DNA of 64,000 bases from Anaerolineae bacterium (GCA_021296065.1 JAGWBD010000013.1:731-64730); one strand, 5' to 3'. Positions 27,195-37,789 are shown, numbered from the stretch's first letter. Translations and numbers: made by a program. The notes: a model not told the origin generated them from the letters alone.

Positions 27195-27328
27195 GAATCC
27201 CGTCGACCAACAATCCCCCATGTGGAAGGAGAAACCAGGGTCAGCCCGGGCACGCAGGCTGGCCGCGTCATGTCCGCAGAAACAGACTGTAGTTCGCAAC
27301 CAACCGACACCCGGGACGATTCGCCTCA

Positions 27329-29122
27329 ATGATCGTTCCCCGCCTCGAACAGTACCGTCACATTCTCAGAGAATACATGTTGCCCTGGCGCAACCGGGTG
27401 TTGCTGCTGGCGCTGATGCTCTTCACCAGCATCGGTCTGCAACTGTTCAATCCACAGATCCTGCGCCTGTTCATCGACACCGCCGTTGACAGCGGCAACA
27501 ACCTGTCCGCAGGCGCGACGCTCTGGCCCGCGCCAGACAACACCATGAACCAGTTGCTGATGGTTGCCCTGCTGTTCATCGTGGTGGCCATCCTGCAGCA
27601 GCTGGTCGCCGTGGGCGCCGTCTATTTCGGCGAGGACGTCGGCTGGAAAGCCACCAACAAGCTGCGTTCGGACCTGGCGGACCACTGCCTGCGTCTGGAC
27701 ATGAGCTTTCATCACCAGCGCACACCCGGCGAAATGATCGAGCGCGTCGACAGTGACGTGACGCAGATCGCCAACTTCTTTTCGCAGTTCGTCGTCATTA
27801 TTCTGGCCAACATCCTGCTGCTGGCGGGCGTGGTCGCCATGATTTTCCGCGAGAACGCGACGACCGGCGTGATCATGGCCGTCTACGCGCTGTTCGCCCT
27901 GTGGGCGCTCAATGCCGTGCGCAGCCTGGCCATCCCGGCCTGGGGCTCGGCGCGGGAGGCCAGCGCCAGTTTCTACGGTTTTCTGGAGGAACAGCTTTCA
28001 GGCACCGAGGACACGCGCTCCAGCGGCGCCGTCCCCTGGACGATGCGCAACTTTGCGCGCCTGATGTACTTCCGCCTCAGGAGCGAACAAAAAGCCAGCG
28101 TCATGAATGCGGCCATCTTCGGCGTGGTGGCTTTCTGCGCCATCCTCGGCCTCGGTATTTCCCTCGTGGCAGGCTACATGCTTTACAACGAGGGGCTGAT
28201 CACACTGGGCACGATCTTCCTCTTCGTGACCTACACGCACATCCTCGTTCGACCGATGCGCGAACTGACCATGCAGGTTCAGGAGTTGCAGAAGGCCGGC
28301 GCCGGCATCGGCCGCGTTATCGAACTGCTCAACATCAAGACCAAAATTGAGGATGGCCCCGGCGTGCCCGTGCCCGGCGGGCCGCTGGGCCTTCAGTTTG
28401 ACAAGGTTAACTTTGCCTACAACGACACGGAGGTCGTGCTGCAGGACGTCGACTTCCAGCTGGAGCCTGGCAAGGTGCTGGGCCTGCTGGGACGCACCGG
28501 CAGCGGCAAGACAACCATCAGCCGCCTGCTCTTCCGCCTCTACGACCCCGTGGAAGGCAGCGTGCGCCTGGGCGGCACCGACCTGCGCGAGGCATCCTTG
28601 CAGCAATTGCGCCAACGCGTCGGCATTGTCACCCAGGACGTGCAACTCTTTCGCGCTTCCGTGCGCGACAACCTGACCTTCTTCGATGACAGCATCCCCG
28701 ACGAGCGCATTCACGAGGCCATCCACGACCTCGGGCTCGGCCCCTGGCTGGCGCAGTTGCCGGAAGGCCTCGACACCCGCATCGAATCCGGCGGTCGCGG
28801 CCTTTCCGCCGGAGAGGCGCAACTGCTGGCCTTCACGCGCGTCTTCCTCAAGGACCCCGGCCTCGTCATCCTCGACGAAGCCTCCTCACGCCTGGACCCG
28901 CTGACCGAGAACCGCATTGAGCGGGCCATCGACAAGCTGTTGCACCGGCGCACGGGCATCATCGTGGCCCATCGCCTCGCCACCGTGCAGCGCAGCGACG
29001 AGATCATGGTGATCGATCACGGTCGCATCATTGAGCACGACAGCCGCGCCCGCCTCGCCGCCGACCCCGACTCGCGCTTCGCCCATCTGCTGCGCATCGG
29101 GCTGGAGGAAGCGCTGGCATGA
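27329..29122 (+). CDS. ABC exporter, fused permease/ATPase (heterodimer half 1)
   Basis: Six-TM N-terminus, Walker A 'GRTGSGKTT', signature 'LSAGEAQ', Walker B 'LVILDEA'. Confidence 0.9.
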   Translation: MIVPRLEQYRHILREYMLPWRNRVLLLALMLFTSIGLQLFNPQILRLFIDTAVDSGNNLSAGATLWPAPDNTMNQLLMVALLFIVVAILQQLVAVGAVYFGEDVGWKATNKLRSDLADHCLRLDMSFHHQRTPGEMIERVDSDVTQIANFFSQFVVIILANILLLAGVVAMIFRENATTGVIMAVYALFALWALNAVRSLAIPAWGSAREASASFYGFLEEQLSGTEDTRSSGAVPWTMRNFARLMYFRLRSEQKASVMNAAIFGVVAFCAILGLGISLVAGYMLYNEGLITLGTIFLFVTYTHILVRPMRELTMQVQELQKAGAGIGRVIELLNIKTKIEDGPGVPVPGGPLGLQFDKVNFAYNDTEVVLQDVDFQLEPGKVLGLLGRTGSGKTTISRLLFRLYDPVEGSVRLGGTDLREASLQQLRQRVGIVTQDVQLFRASVRDNLTFFDDSIPDERIHEAIHDLGLGPWLAQLPEGLDTRIESGGRGLSAGEAQLLAFTRVFLKDPGLVILDEASSRLDPLTENRIERAIDKLLHRRTGIIVAHRLATVQRSDEIMVIDHGRIIEHDSRARLAADPDSRFAHLLRIGLEEALA

Positions 29123-30927
29123 AGGACTGGCAAATCGTCCTGCAGCTGATTCGCTTCCGTCCCGGCCTCTTCGGAATCACAATTCTCTTTGCCACCCTGG
29201 GCCAACTGGCCCAGCAGGCGCCGGCCCTGGTGACGCGCGAATTCTTCAACTTCCTGACCGACAGCGCCCCCGTCCGCTTCGATCTCTGGGCGCTGGTGGC
29301 CCTGCTGGCGGCCTCCGGCCTTGCCGAGATCGTCGTGCGCTTCGGCGTCAGCTGGACGCGCGCGACCTTCCAGTTCACGGTGATGGCGCTGATGCGCCTG
29401 AACGTCTTCCGCCACGTGTTGAACCAGCCGGGCGCGCGCCCCATGCCCACCTCGCCCGGCGAGTCGATCAGCCGTTTTGGCGGCGACCTGGACGAGATCG
29501 GCATGTTCTTCCGCCTGCTGGAAATGCTGGTAGGTCACTTCATCGCCTCGCTGGTGGCGGTGTACATCATGGTCAGCATCAACCCGATCATCGCCGTGGT
29601 GGCCTTCATGCCATTGCTGCTGGTCGCGCTCATCGCCAACCTGACCCACCAGCGCGTGCAGCATTATCGCCGCGTTCGCCGCCGCGCCGCGGCGCGCGTC
29701 GTCGGCTTTGTGGCCGAGACCTTTGGCGCCGCCCAGAGCGTCAAGGTGGCCGGCAGGGAAGAGCCGGTGATCCGCGAATTCCAGCGGCTGAACGAGGTAC
29801 GCCGTGTGGCCGCCCTCAAGGACCGCGTCTTCGAGGAGGTGCAGCGCTCCACCTACTACAACGCCGTCAACATCGGCACCGGCATCGTGTTGATTCTGTC
29901 CGCCAGCGCCATGCGCGAGGGAAGCTTCACCCTGGGCGATTTCGCGCTCTTCGTCTTCTATCTCGAACGAATGACGCAGTTCATGCGCATGTTCGGCTTC
30001 TCCCTGTCACGCTACAAGCAAATCGGTATCTCCATCGATCGCGTGGAGTGGCTGCTGGGTGGCGCGCCGCGCCAGATCATGGTCGAGCACAACCCCGTCT
30101 GGCTGGATGGCAAACTGCCCGGCATTCCGAAAGTGTCGGTGGATGAGGACGATCGCCTGCACGCGCTTGAAATCGAGGGACTGAGTTACCAGCATCCGGG
30201 CAGCCAGAATGGCATCGACAACATCAACCTGCGCCTGGAGCGCGGCACCTTCACGGTGGTCACCGGACGCATCGGCGCCGGCAAGACCACGCTGCTGCGT
30301 ACCCTGCAAGGCCTGTTGCCGCCGGACCGCGGCGAGATTCGCTGGAACGGCGAGCCGGTCGAACATCTGGCGGAGTTCTTCGTGCCGCCCCACACCGCCT
30401 ACACGCCCCAGGTGCCGCGTCTCTTCAGCGACCCGCTGCGCGACAACATCCTGATGGGCATCCCGGAAAAGGACGCCGACGTCCCCGAAGCCATCCGTTC
30501 GGCGGTGATGGAGCGCGACCTGAAGGAACTCGACGAAGGCCTGGATACGCTCGTCGGCCCACGCGGCGTGCGCCTGAGTGGCGGCCAGATGCAACGCACG
30601 GCGGCCTCGCGTATGTTTGTGCGCGAACCGGAACTGTTGATCTTCGACGACCTTTCCAGCGCCCTCGACGTGGAGACTGAGCGGCGCCTCTGGAACCGCG
30701 TTTTCTCGCGCGACGGCGCCACCTGCCTTGCCGTGTCCCATCGCAAGGCCGCCCTGCGTCGCGCCGATCAAATCATCGTGATGAAGGACGGGTCCATCCA
30801 CGCCCAGGGGCGCCTGGAAGACCTGCTGCAGCACTGCAGCGAAATGCAGCGCCTGTGGGAAGGGAACTTCAGCGAGGATGCGCGCAAGGGCAACGGGGCG
30901 GCCCCGCAACCTGCCACCACGACCTGA
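29119..30927 (+). CDS. ABC exporter, fused permease/ATPase (heterodimer half 2)
   Basis: ATGA overlap with the upstream gene. Walker A 'GRIGAGKTT', signature 'LSGGQMQ', Walker B 'LLIFDDL'. Confidence 0.9.
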   Translation: MKDWQIVLQLIRFRPGLFGITILFATLGQLAQQAPALVTREFFNFLTDSAPVRFDLWALVALLAASGLAEIVVRFGVSWTRATFQFTVMALMRLNVFRHVLNQPGARPMPTSPGESISRFGGDLDEIGMFFRLLEMLVGHFIASLVAVYIMVSINPIIAVVAFMPLLLVALIANLTHQRVQHYRRVRRRAAARVVGFVAETFGAAQSVKVAGREEPVIREFQRLNEVRRVAALKDRVFEEVQRSTYYNAVNIGTGIVLILSASAMREGSFTLGDFALFVFYLERMTQFMRMFGFSLSRYKQIGISIDRVEWLLGGAPRQIMVEHNPVWLDGKLPGIPKVSVDEDDRLHALEIEGLSYQHPGSQNGIDNINLRLERGTFTVVTGRIGAGKTTLLRTLQGLLPPDRGEIRWNGEPVEHLAEFFVPPHTAYTPQVPRLFSDPLRDNILMGIPEKDADVPEAIRSAVMERDLKELDEGLDTLVGPRGVRLSGGQMQRTAASRMFVREPELLIFDDLSSALDVETERRLWNRVFSRDGATCLAVSHRKAALRRADQIIVMKDGSIHAQGRLEDLLQHCSEMQRLWEGNFSEDARKGNGAAPQPATTT

Positions 30928-30935
30928 GCAGCGCT

Positions 30936-31750
<815 letters not shown>

Positions 31751-31754
<4 letters not shown>

Positions 31755-33217
31755 AGGGTCCTTCGCGCCCTGGCACTGTAACGGTTTCGCAGAATGATCG
31801 CGCTGGCGTTGAGCGAAAGCAGCAACAGCAGCAACACGATGATCGTGGCCGCGGCCACGTCCTGAAAGCCTTCGCGCGGGTCGGCCGTCCAGCGATAGAT
31901 CTGGATCGGCAACACGGTGAAACGCGAGAAGGGACTGTCCGGATCAACGAAAATGGTCGTGGCCGCGCCAACCACCACCAGCGGCGCGGTCTCGCCGATG
32001 GCGCGCGAGACCGACAGGATGACGCCGGTCAGCATGCCGGGCAGCGCCACCGGCAGCACCTGTCGCGCAATCGTTTGCAGCTGCGTCGCGCCCAGGCCGT
32101 AACTGCCCTCCCGCAACGACTGCGGTACGGCGCGTATGGCTTCCTGGGCATTGATGATGATGATCGGCAGAATCAGCAGCGCCATCGTCAGCCCGGCCGA
32201 CAAAATGGTGCGCCCGTCCGCGCCTGCGACCCCCGCCAGTTGCCCGCTGGTCAGCGGCTCCATGGCCCGCACGAACACCGTCAGACCGAGAATGCCGTAA
32301 ATGATGGAGGGCACGCCGGCCAGGTTACGGATGTTGGTCTCGATGAAACCGTTGAGCAGGCGCAGCAGGCGATGGTTGTTGGCGTGGCGCGCGTATTCCT
32401 CCAGATAAATGGCCGCGCCCAGGCCCAGTGGCAGCGACACGCCGATGGCGATCACCAGCATCCACAGCGTACCCAGCAGGGCCACGCGGATGCCGCTGGT
32501 CAACGCCTGGCTGGAGCCGGGCGTGCGCAGGAAGTCGGCGTTCAACCAGGAGCGGAATTCAAGTGTCGCCTGCGGAAAGTCCCGCGCGGCCCTGGCCCGG
32601 ATCTCGTCCTGGCGCGTCAGAGAGTCGATCAGGTTCCAGCTTTCCAGCAGCTCCACCTGCACGATGTCGTTATAGACCAGTTCCAGCAGCCGCCCCTGCT
32701 CCACGTTGCCGGCCAGCAGCAGGGCGATGTCGGCCCGCGCCCTTGCGTCCCGTTCGACGCGCGCCACGTCCGGCAAACGCAATTCGAACAGAGTGCGGTC
32801 CGCCCATTTCTGCGGGAAGTTCTGTCCGCTGAACAGGGCCTGGCCCACGGTCAGGTTGCGCAGCGCGGAAGACGGTAACTCCGTCCGTGCGACCTCGTCC
32901 AGGAAGAGTGTGAAGAGGCGGTCGGTGCTGACGAAATGACGTCCTTCCTCGTCCAGGTAGTCCCGGGCGAGGCCGGCCAGTTCTTCTGCGTTCTGCTGTT
33001 CAATGCTGCGGCCGTCTTGGCTGACCAGGCTGGCGGGGTCGACGACGTTGACAACCGCCACGGTGCCGAAGGCGTCATCGACGATCTTGAGCAGCAAAAT
33101 GACCAGGGCCAGGGCCGCCAGCCCGACGCAGGCCTGATAGACCCGCGACCAGAGGCGACTGATGCGCTGGCGTCGCGTCAGGCTGCCCCTGTTGCCCTGC
33201 TGTGTCACTGTGGCCAT
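31751..33217 (-). CDS. pstA: Phosphate ABC transporter permease PstA (long form)
   Basis: The C-terminal core carries the '[20 protein letters not shown]' EAA loop. ATG at 33217 lies 1 nt after the pstC stop. There is a ~190-aa extracytoplasmic segment after TM1. Confidence 0.88.
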
Positions 33218-33218
33218 C

Positions 33219-34694
33219 TCAGGTCGCCTCACGATAGCGACGCGTGATGGCGCCGCTGACGACGTTGAAGGCCAGCGTCAGCAGGAAGAGCAGCAGGCCT
33301 ATCGCGAACAGGCTGTTGTAATCGATGGTGTTGTAGCTGATGTCGCCGCCGGAAATACGCACGATATGCCCCGTCATCGTCTCCGCCCCTTCCAGGGGGT
33401 TGAAGGTGAAGTTGGGGCCGGCGCCCGCCGCCAGCGCCACAATCATGGTCTCACCCACCGCCCGCGAGATGCCCAGCAGGAAGGCCGCCATAATGCCCGA
33501 CACGGCCGCCGGCAATACCGCGCGCCGGATGGTCTCCTGGCGGGTGGCGCCCAGCGCATAAGAGGCCTCGCGCAGAGCCCGCGGCACGGCACCCAGCGCG
33601 TCCTCACTGATGGAGGCGATGGTCGGGACGATCATGATGCCCATGACCAGCCCCGCCGAGAGGGTGTTGAACTGCTTCACTTGCGGCCCGATGATCTGCT
33701 GCAACAGCGGCGTCATCCAGGTGAGCGCGAAGTAGCCGAAGACCACCGTCGGCACGCCCACCAGCAATTCCAGCACGGGCTTGACCAGCGAACGCACCCG
33801 CGCGCTGGCGTATTCGCTGAGATAAATCGCCACGCCCAGGCCGACGGGCAACGCCGTCAGCAGGGCGAAGAAGGTCGTCATCAGGGTGGCGTTGAGCAGC
33901 GGCCAGATGCCCAGGTGACCCAGTTGCGGGTTCCAGCGCGTGCCGGTCAGAAATTCGCCCAAAGTCACGGCAGACGGACTGAAAAGGGGCAGGCCGGCGC
34001 TGTGGCGGGCGGGGTTGCTGCCCTCCTCTCCACGCCGCACGGCCAGCATGTCGCTGACAGGCTCGACCTGCAGGACGCGCATGACTTCCTCGTCGGCCTG
34101 AATCAGGTCATCGATCTGAAATGCGGCGGCAGCACCTTCGGACAGGTGAATCACCGTGTCGTCGGCCCTCAGGTCTGCACCGAGCAGCACCGTGCGCTCG
34201 TTGTGCACGAACACCGGCGTGTCGACCGGATGCGCCAGCGCCTGGCTGGCGTTGACGCCGCGCTCCACCTCCAGCCCGTCGCGACTGGCCGCCATCACCC
34301 GCATCCGCTCCCCGCCCAGTTCAATCAACTGGCCCTCGCTGAAGGGCAGCGTGGCCCGTTCATCGAGTTCAAGTGACAGATATGAATTCTGCGCGTCCAG
34401 GGCCGCGGCGAGGGATACCTCCTGGCCCAGGTTGACCACCACGGCGCGTTCCACCGTGTCGTATTTCACCTGCTGCCAGGAGCGCTGACTGAAGAAAAGC
34501 AGCGAGTTCTCACCCAGGGTGACGAGGATGCCGACGGTGGAGAGAATGGAGACCAGCCCGCAGAGCAGCAAGAGGAAGCGGACGATGGATTCGACCGGTC
34601 GGGCCCGCCGCCTGAGACTGCGCTGCCGCAGCGCGCGTTCCAGCGTGGCCGCCTTTTCGGCCCCCGAACGCTGCACCGCCTGATATTGCGCCAT
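33219..34694 (-). CDS. pstC: Phosphate ABC transporter permease PstC (long form with ~170-aa insertion)
   Basis: EAA loop 'EDALGAVPRALREASYALGAT'. ATG at 34694. Confidence 0.88.
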   Translation of the reverse strand: MAQYQAVQRSGAEKAATLERALRQRSLRRRARPVESIVRFLLLLCGLVSILSTVGILVTLGENSLLFFSQRSWQQVKYDTVERAVVVNLGQEVSLAAALDAQNSYLSLELDERATLPFSEGQLIELGGERMRVMAASRDGLEVERGVNASQALAHPVDTPVFVHNERTVLLGADLRADDTVIHLSEGAAAAFQIDDLIQADEEVMRVLQVEPVSDMLAVRRGEEGSNPARHSAGLPLFSPSAVTLGEFLTGTRWNPQLGHLGIWPLLNATLMTTFFALLTALPVGLGVAIYLSEYASARVRSLVKPVLELLVGVPTVVFGYFALTWMTPLLQQIIGPQVKQFNTLSAGLVMGIMIVPTIASISEDALGAVPRALREASYALGATRQETIRRAVLPAAVSGIMAAFLLGISRAVGETMIVALAAGAGPNFTFNPLEGAETMTGHIVRISGGDISYNTIDYNSLFAIGLLLFLLTLAFNVVSGAITRRYREAT

Positions 34695-34730
34695 GGATCC
34701 TGCCTGATCGTCTTGATTCGTCCGCGCGGC

Positions 34731-34736
34731 AGTATA
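34731..34736 (-). promoter_or_regulatory. Candidate -10 (TATACT) for pstCAB
   Basis: Preceded by TTAA-containing direct repeats at helical spacing instead of a -35 box. Confidence 0.3.
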
Positions 34737-34929
34737 GCCAAAGCAGGTTAAGGAACGGGCCTCTTGTGTTAAATCCTGATTAAGTCGGATGACTCGCTCG
34801 CGCAGGCACACGCTTTTACATGTTGGCTGGTCAGTGCTCCCGGAAACAGAGCAGATTGGAAAATGAAAGCGCCTCCACTTCAGTAACTATTCATGAGTCT
34901 GATACCACTAGGAATTTCTGTCAGGAACC

Positions 34930-34958
34930 AAAAAGACGGCGGGCGCAGGCCCGCCGCC
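34930..34958 (-). terminator. Intrinsic terminator after pstS copy 1
   Basis: 8-bp GC stem (34937-34944/34949-56) with a 4-nt loop, followed by TTTTT on the minus strand. Confidence 0.6.
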
Positions 34959-34986
34959 TTCGTTGTACCTGAGTCTTTCCCGCGGC

Positions 34987-36210
34987 TCAGCCGCCGGTGG
35001 CCGCCGCCACCAGCAGGCGCGCGACGTTCAGACCGGCCGCGTCCGCCGGGAAGTAGCCGGCGGCCTCAACCTCCTCGTTGACCACGGCCAGATAGTAATT
35101 CAGAAATTCGCCGACCTGCGGCTTCTCACTGATGGTCTCCGGCGCGGCGTACATGAAGACATCATCCACGCTGCTGCCGGCCGGGGCCACATCCTCGATC
35201 GGGACCGCTTTCAGAATGTCGCGGTTGGCCTCGAAGTAAGCGTAGCCGAAGAAGCCCACCGCGTAGGGATTGCCCGACACGCCGTTCACCAGCACGTTGT
35301 CGTCCTCGCTCAGGCTGGTGCGCGCGGCATCCAGCATGGGCGCCTGGTCCTTGTCGAAGACCTCTTCCACGAAGTAGTCAAAAGTGCCGCTGTCCGTGCC
35401 GGGGATGAAGCGCTCGACCGGCTCCGCGGGCCAGTCCGCGTTGACGTCCTGCCAGGTGTTGGCCGTGCTGAAGAGCCGGGCCAGTTCCTCAAGGGTCAGG
35501 TTGTCGGCGAAGTCATTGGCGCTGTTGATGACCACCGCCAGCGCATCCGTGCCCACACGAATCGGGAAGACGCTGCGGCCGATACTGTGGCAGTTCTCCA
35601 GCTCGGCGTCCTTGATCCCGCGGCTGGCATTGGAGATGTCGGTCACGCCCTCGGCGCAGAAGCGCTCGAAGCCGGCGCCCGAGCCAATGCTGTCGACGGT
35701 GATGTTGCCCGCGTAACCCTCGTCCCGGAAGCGCGTGGCAATGGCGTCGCTGAGCGGGAACACGGTCGAGCTGCCGGCCGCGATGATGTCACCCTCCACG
35801 AAGGCGGGGATCACCTCGGTCAGTTCGAGCTCGGGCAGCAGCAGCGCATCGATCAGTTGCAGCGTGCCGTTGTCGGCATCCAGCGGGTCAGCGACGGCGT
35901 TGGCGCCCGTCATGTCGCCAGTCAGATGCTGGTTGATCACCGCTGCCAGTCGATCGGGATTGTTCAGCAGCCAGTCCACTGCGAAGTCCGGCAGGGCGGC
36001 GAAGGCCTCGTCGACCGGCGCGTAAAGAGTCAGGGGACCTTCTCCGGCCAGGGCGTCGCCCATGCCGGCCGAGTCGACCAGCATCTGCAGCGTGGTCAAC
36101 TGCTCGTTTTCGGCGACCAGTTCGGCCAGCGTGTGGCTGTCCGCCTGTACGATCGCGAATGGCAGGGCCAGTACGGCCACCAGATACAGGATGGTGCGGA
36201 AATTCATCAT
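34987..36210 (-). CDS. pstS: Fasciclin (FAS1) domain fused to a PstS-family phosphate-binding protein
   Basis: Signal peptide, then FAS1 H1/H2-like motifs 'LTLYAPVDEAFAALP' and 'NGTLQLIDALLLP', then the PstS core 'AAGSSTVFPL...DSIGSGAGFERF...DISNASRGIK'. Confidence 0.8.
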   Translation of the reverse strand: MMNFRTILYLVAVLALPFAIVQADSHTLAELVAENEQLTTLQMLVDSAGMGDALAGEGPLTLYAPVDEAFAALPDFAVDWLLNNPDRLAAVINQHLTGDMTGANAVADPLDADNGTLQLIDALLLPELELTEVIPAFVEGDIIAAGSSTVFPLSDAIATRFRDEGYAGNITVDSIGSGAGFERFCAEGVTDISNASRGIKDAELENCHSIGRSVFPIRVGTDALAVVINSANDFADNLTLEELARLFSTANTWQDVNADWPAEPVERFIPGTDSGTFDYFVEEVFDKDQAPMLDAARTSLSEDDNVLVNGVSGNPYAVGFFGYAYFEANRDILKAVPIEDVAPAGSSVDDVFMYAAPETISEKPQVGEFLNYYLAVVNEEVEAAGYFPADAAGLNVARLLVAAATGG

Positions 36211-36352
36211 CTTCTTGTACTCCCTGTGACAGAACGCTTTCATTCGCAGCGCATGCTGGCACAAGGGCTTTAAGCGTTGGCTGCCCAAAGGTTAAGAGTT
36301 GACATGATAAATCTTAACCGCGGGATAATCCGGTCGCGTGGCCGCCTGTCAC

Positions 36353-37690
36353 TCAGTGCCCGATGGCGGCCCTCAGCAGCAGGCGGGAGCGATTGAGGGT
36401 CTGCGGGTCCACCTCGAAATAGCCGGCCTTTTCAATCTCCTGGTTGACCACTGTGAGATAGTAACTCAGGAATTCGCCCACCTGCGGCCGCGCCGCGATG
36501 ATGTCGGGCGCGGAATAGAGCATCAACGAACGCGCCAGGGGATAGCTGCCGTCGAATACATTGCTGCCATGCGGCGCCACCCCTTCCAGCGGGACGGCTT
36601 TCAGGCGGTGGCGGTTGGCATTGAAGGCCGCGTAGCCGAGAAAGCCAACCCCGTACAGGTTGCCCGCCACGCCATGCGCCAGCACGTTGACGTCCCCGCT
36701 CACGCTGGTGCGCGAGGCGCCCAGGATCGGTGCGCGGTCCTTGCTGAAGAGATGTTCCACGAAAAGGTCAAGGCTGCCGCTGTCCGTGCCCGGGATGAAT
36801 CGTTCAACCGGCCGGGCCGGCCATGCCGGGTTGACGTCCTGCCAGGTGTCCGCCGTGCTGAACAGGCGCGCCAGTTGCGCCAGGCTCAGATTGTCCGCGA
36901 AGTCGTTGGCGCTGTTGACGACCACGACCAGCAGATCTGTCCCTGCGTGCAGCGCAAAAACCTGGCGGCCGATGGCCTGGCACTTCTGCCGCTCGCCATC
37001 CGTGATGGGCCGGCTGGCGTTGGCAATGTCGGTGATGCCTTCCGTACAGAAGCGCTCGAAGCCGGCTCCCGTGCCAATGCTGTAGACGCTGACGTTGCCG
37101 CCGCGATAACCTTCACGGCGAAAGCGCGCGGCAATCACCTCGCTGAGCAAAAAGACGGTCGAGCTGCCGGCGCTGACGATGCTGCCTTCCACAAAGGCGG
37201 GGACGACCACCTCCAGCTCCTGCGCTGGCAGCAACACGCGGTCGATGGGGCGCAAGCGACCATTGTGTGCATTAACGTCGTCGGCGATGACCCCTGCGCC
37301 ATGGGTGTCCAGGACAGCTTCGACCCTGCCGTCTGCCAGTGCGCCCGGCAGGACATGCAAATGCAGCAGATTCTGCAGGACTGCCGGGCGACGAGCCAGC
37401 CACGCAAGCACGAAGTCCGGCAATTCCGCGAAGGCCTCGTTGACCGGCGCCAGCAGGGTCATGGGACCTGCGCCGGCCAGAACGTCCAACGTCCCGCCCG
37501 TTGCGGCCAGGCGCAAGAAAGTGGAGAAGCGTTCGTCGCCGGCGAGCAGGTCGGCAAGCTCCGCTTCGCGGGCCTGCAGGTCTGCCAGCGGCGGGGTCAA
37601 TACGACGATCAGGAACAGGAAACCTGCGTATCTCCCCAATTTCCTGCCCTCCCGCCGTCCATGCCCGCCTGCGCCGGGGCGAAGCGACAC
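36353..37690 (-). CDS. pstS: Fasciclin (FAS1) domain fused to a PstS-family phosphate-binding protein (paralogue)
   Basis: Motifs 'MTLLAPVNEAFAELP' and 'NGRLRPIDRVLLP', then 'SAGSSTVFLL...YSIGTGAGFERF...DIANASRPIT'. The real start may be TTG at 37639, which has GGGAGGG 8 nt upstream. Confidence 0.78.
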   Translation of the reverse strand: MSLRPGAGGHGRREGRKLGRYAGFLFLIVVLTPPLADLQAREAELADLLAGDERFSTFLRLAATGGTLDVLAGAGPMTLLAPVNEAFAELPDFVLAWLARRPAVLQNLLHLHVLPGALADGRVEAVLDTHGAGVIADDVNAHNGRLRPIDRVLLPAQELEVVVPAFVEGSIVSAGSSTVFLLSEVIAARFRREGYRGGNVSVYSIGTGAGFERFCTEGITDIANASRPITDGERQKCQAIGRQVFALHAGTDLLVVVVNSANDFADNLSLAQLARLFSTADTWQDVNPAWPARPVERFIPGTDSGSLDLFVEHLFSKDRAPILGASRTSVSGDVNVLAHGVAGNLYGVGFLGYAAFNANRHRLKAVPLEGVAPHGSNVFDGSYPLARSLMLYSAPDIIAARPQVGEFLSYYLTVVNQEIEKAGYFEVDPQTLNRSRLLLRAAIGH

Positions 37691-37757
37691 CCCGTCTTTA
37701 CCCTGATTACCATAACATGGCGGGCTCCGCGTGATTCGCAGCGCCGTCAGGCTGCAC

Positions 37758-37763
37758 TATAAT
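37758..37763 (+). promoter_or_regulatory. Candidate -10 TATAAT upstream of nadK
   Basis: The CTATAATGACC motif is also seen upstream of the SLATT-like pair (45386). Confidence 0.35.
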
Positions 37764-37789
37764 GACCGGGACTGAAACCCGGAGACCCG

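Noticed and set aside
27195-27328. Riboswitch (for example guanidine or another efflux-associated class) in the ABC exporter leader
   Set aside because: I could not align the leader to any riboswitch consensus I know (ykkC, mini-ykkC ACGR loops, guanidine-III). I kept it only as an unexplained leader in the findings.
34963-37762. Two ~435-475-aa plus-strand ORFs (34963-36273 and 36338-37762) mirroring the two pstS paralogues
   Set aside because: Both are antisense shadows. The minus-strand products have signal peptides and FAS1 and PstS motifs, while the plus-strand products have none.
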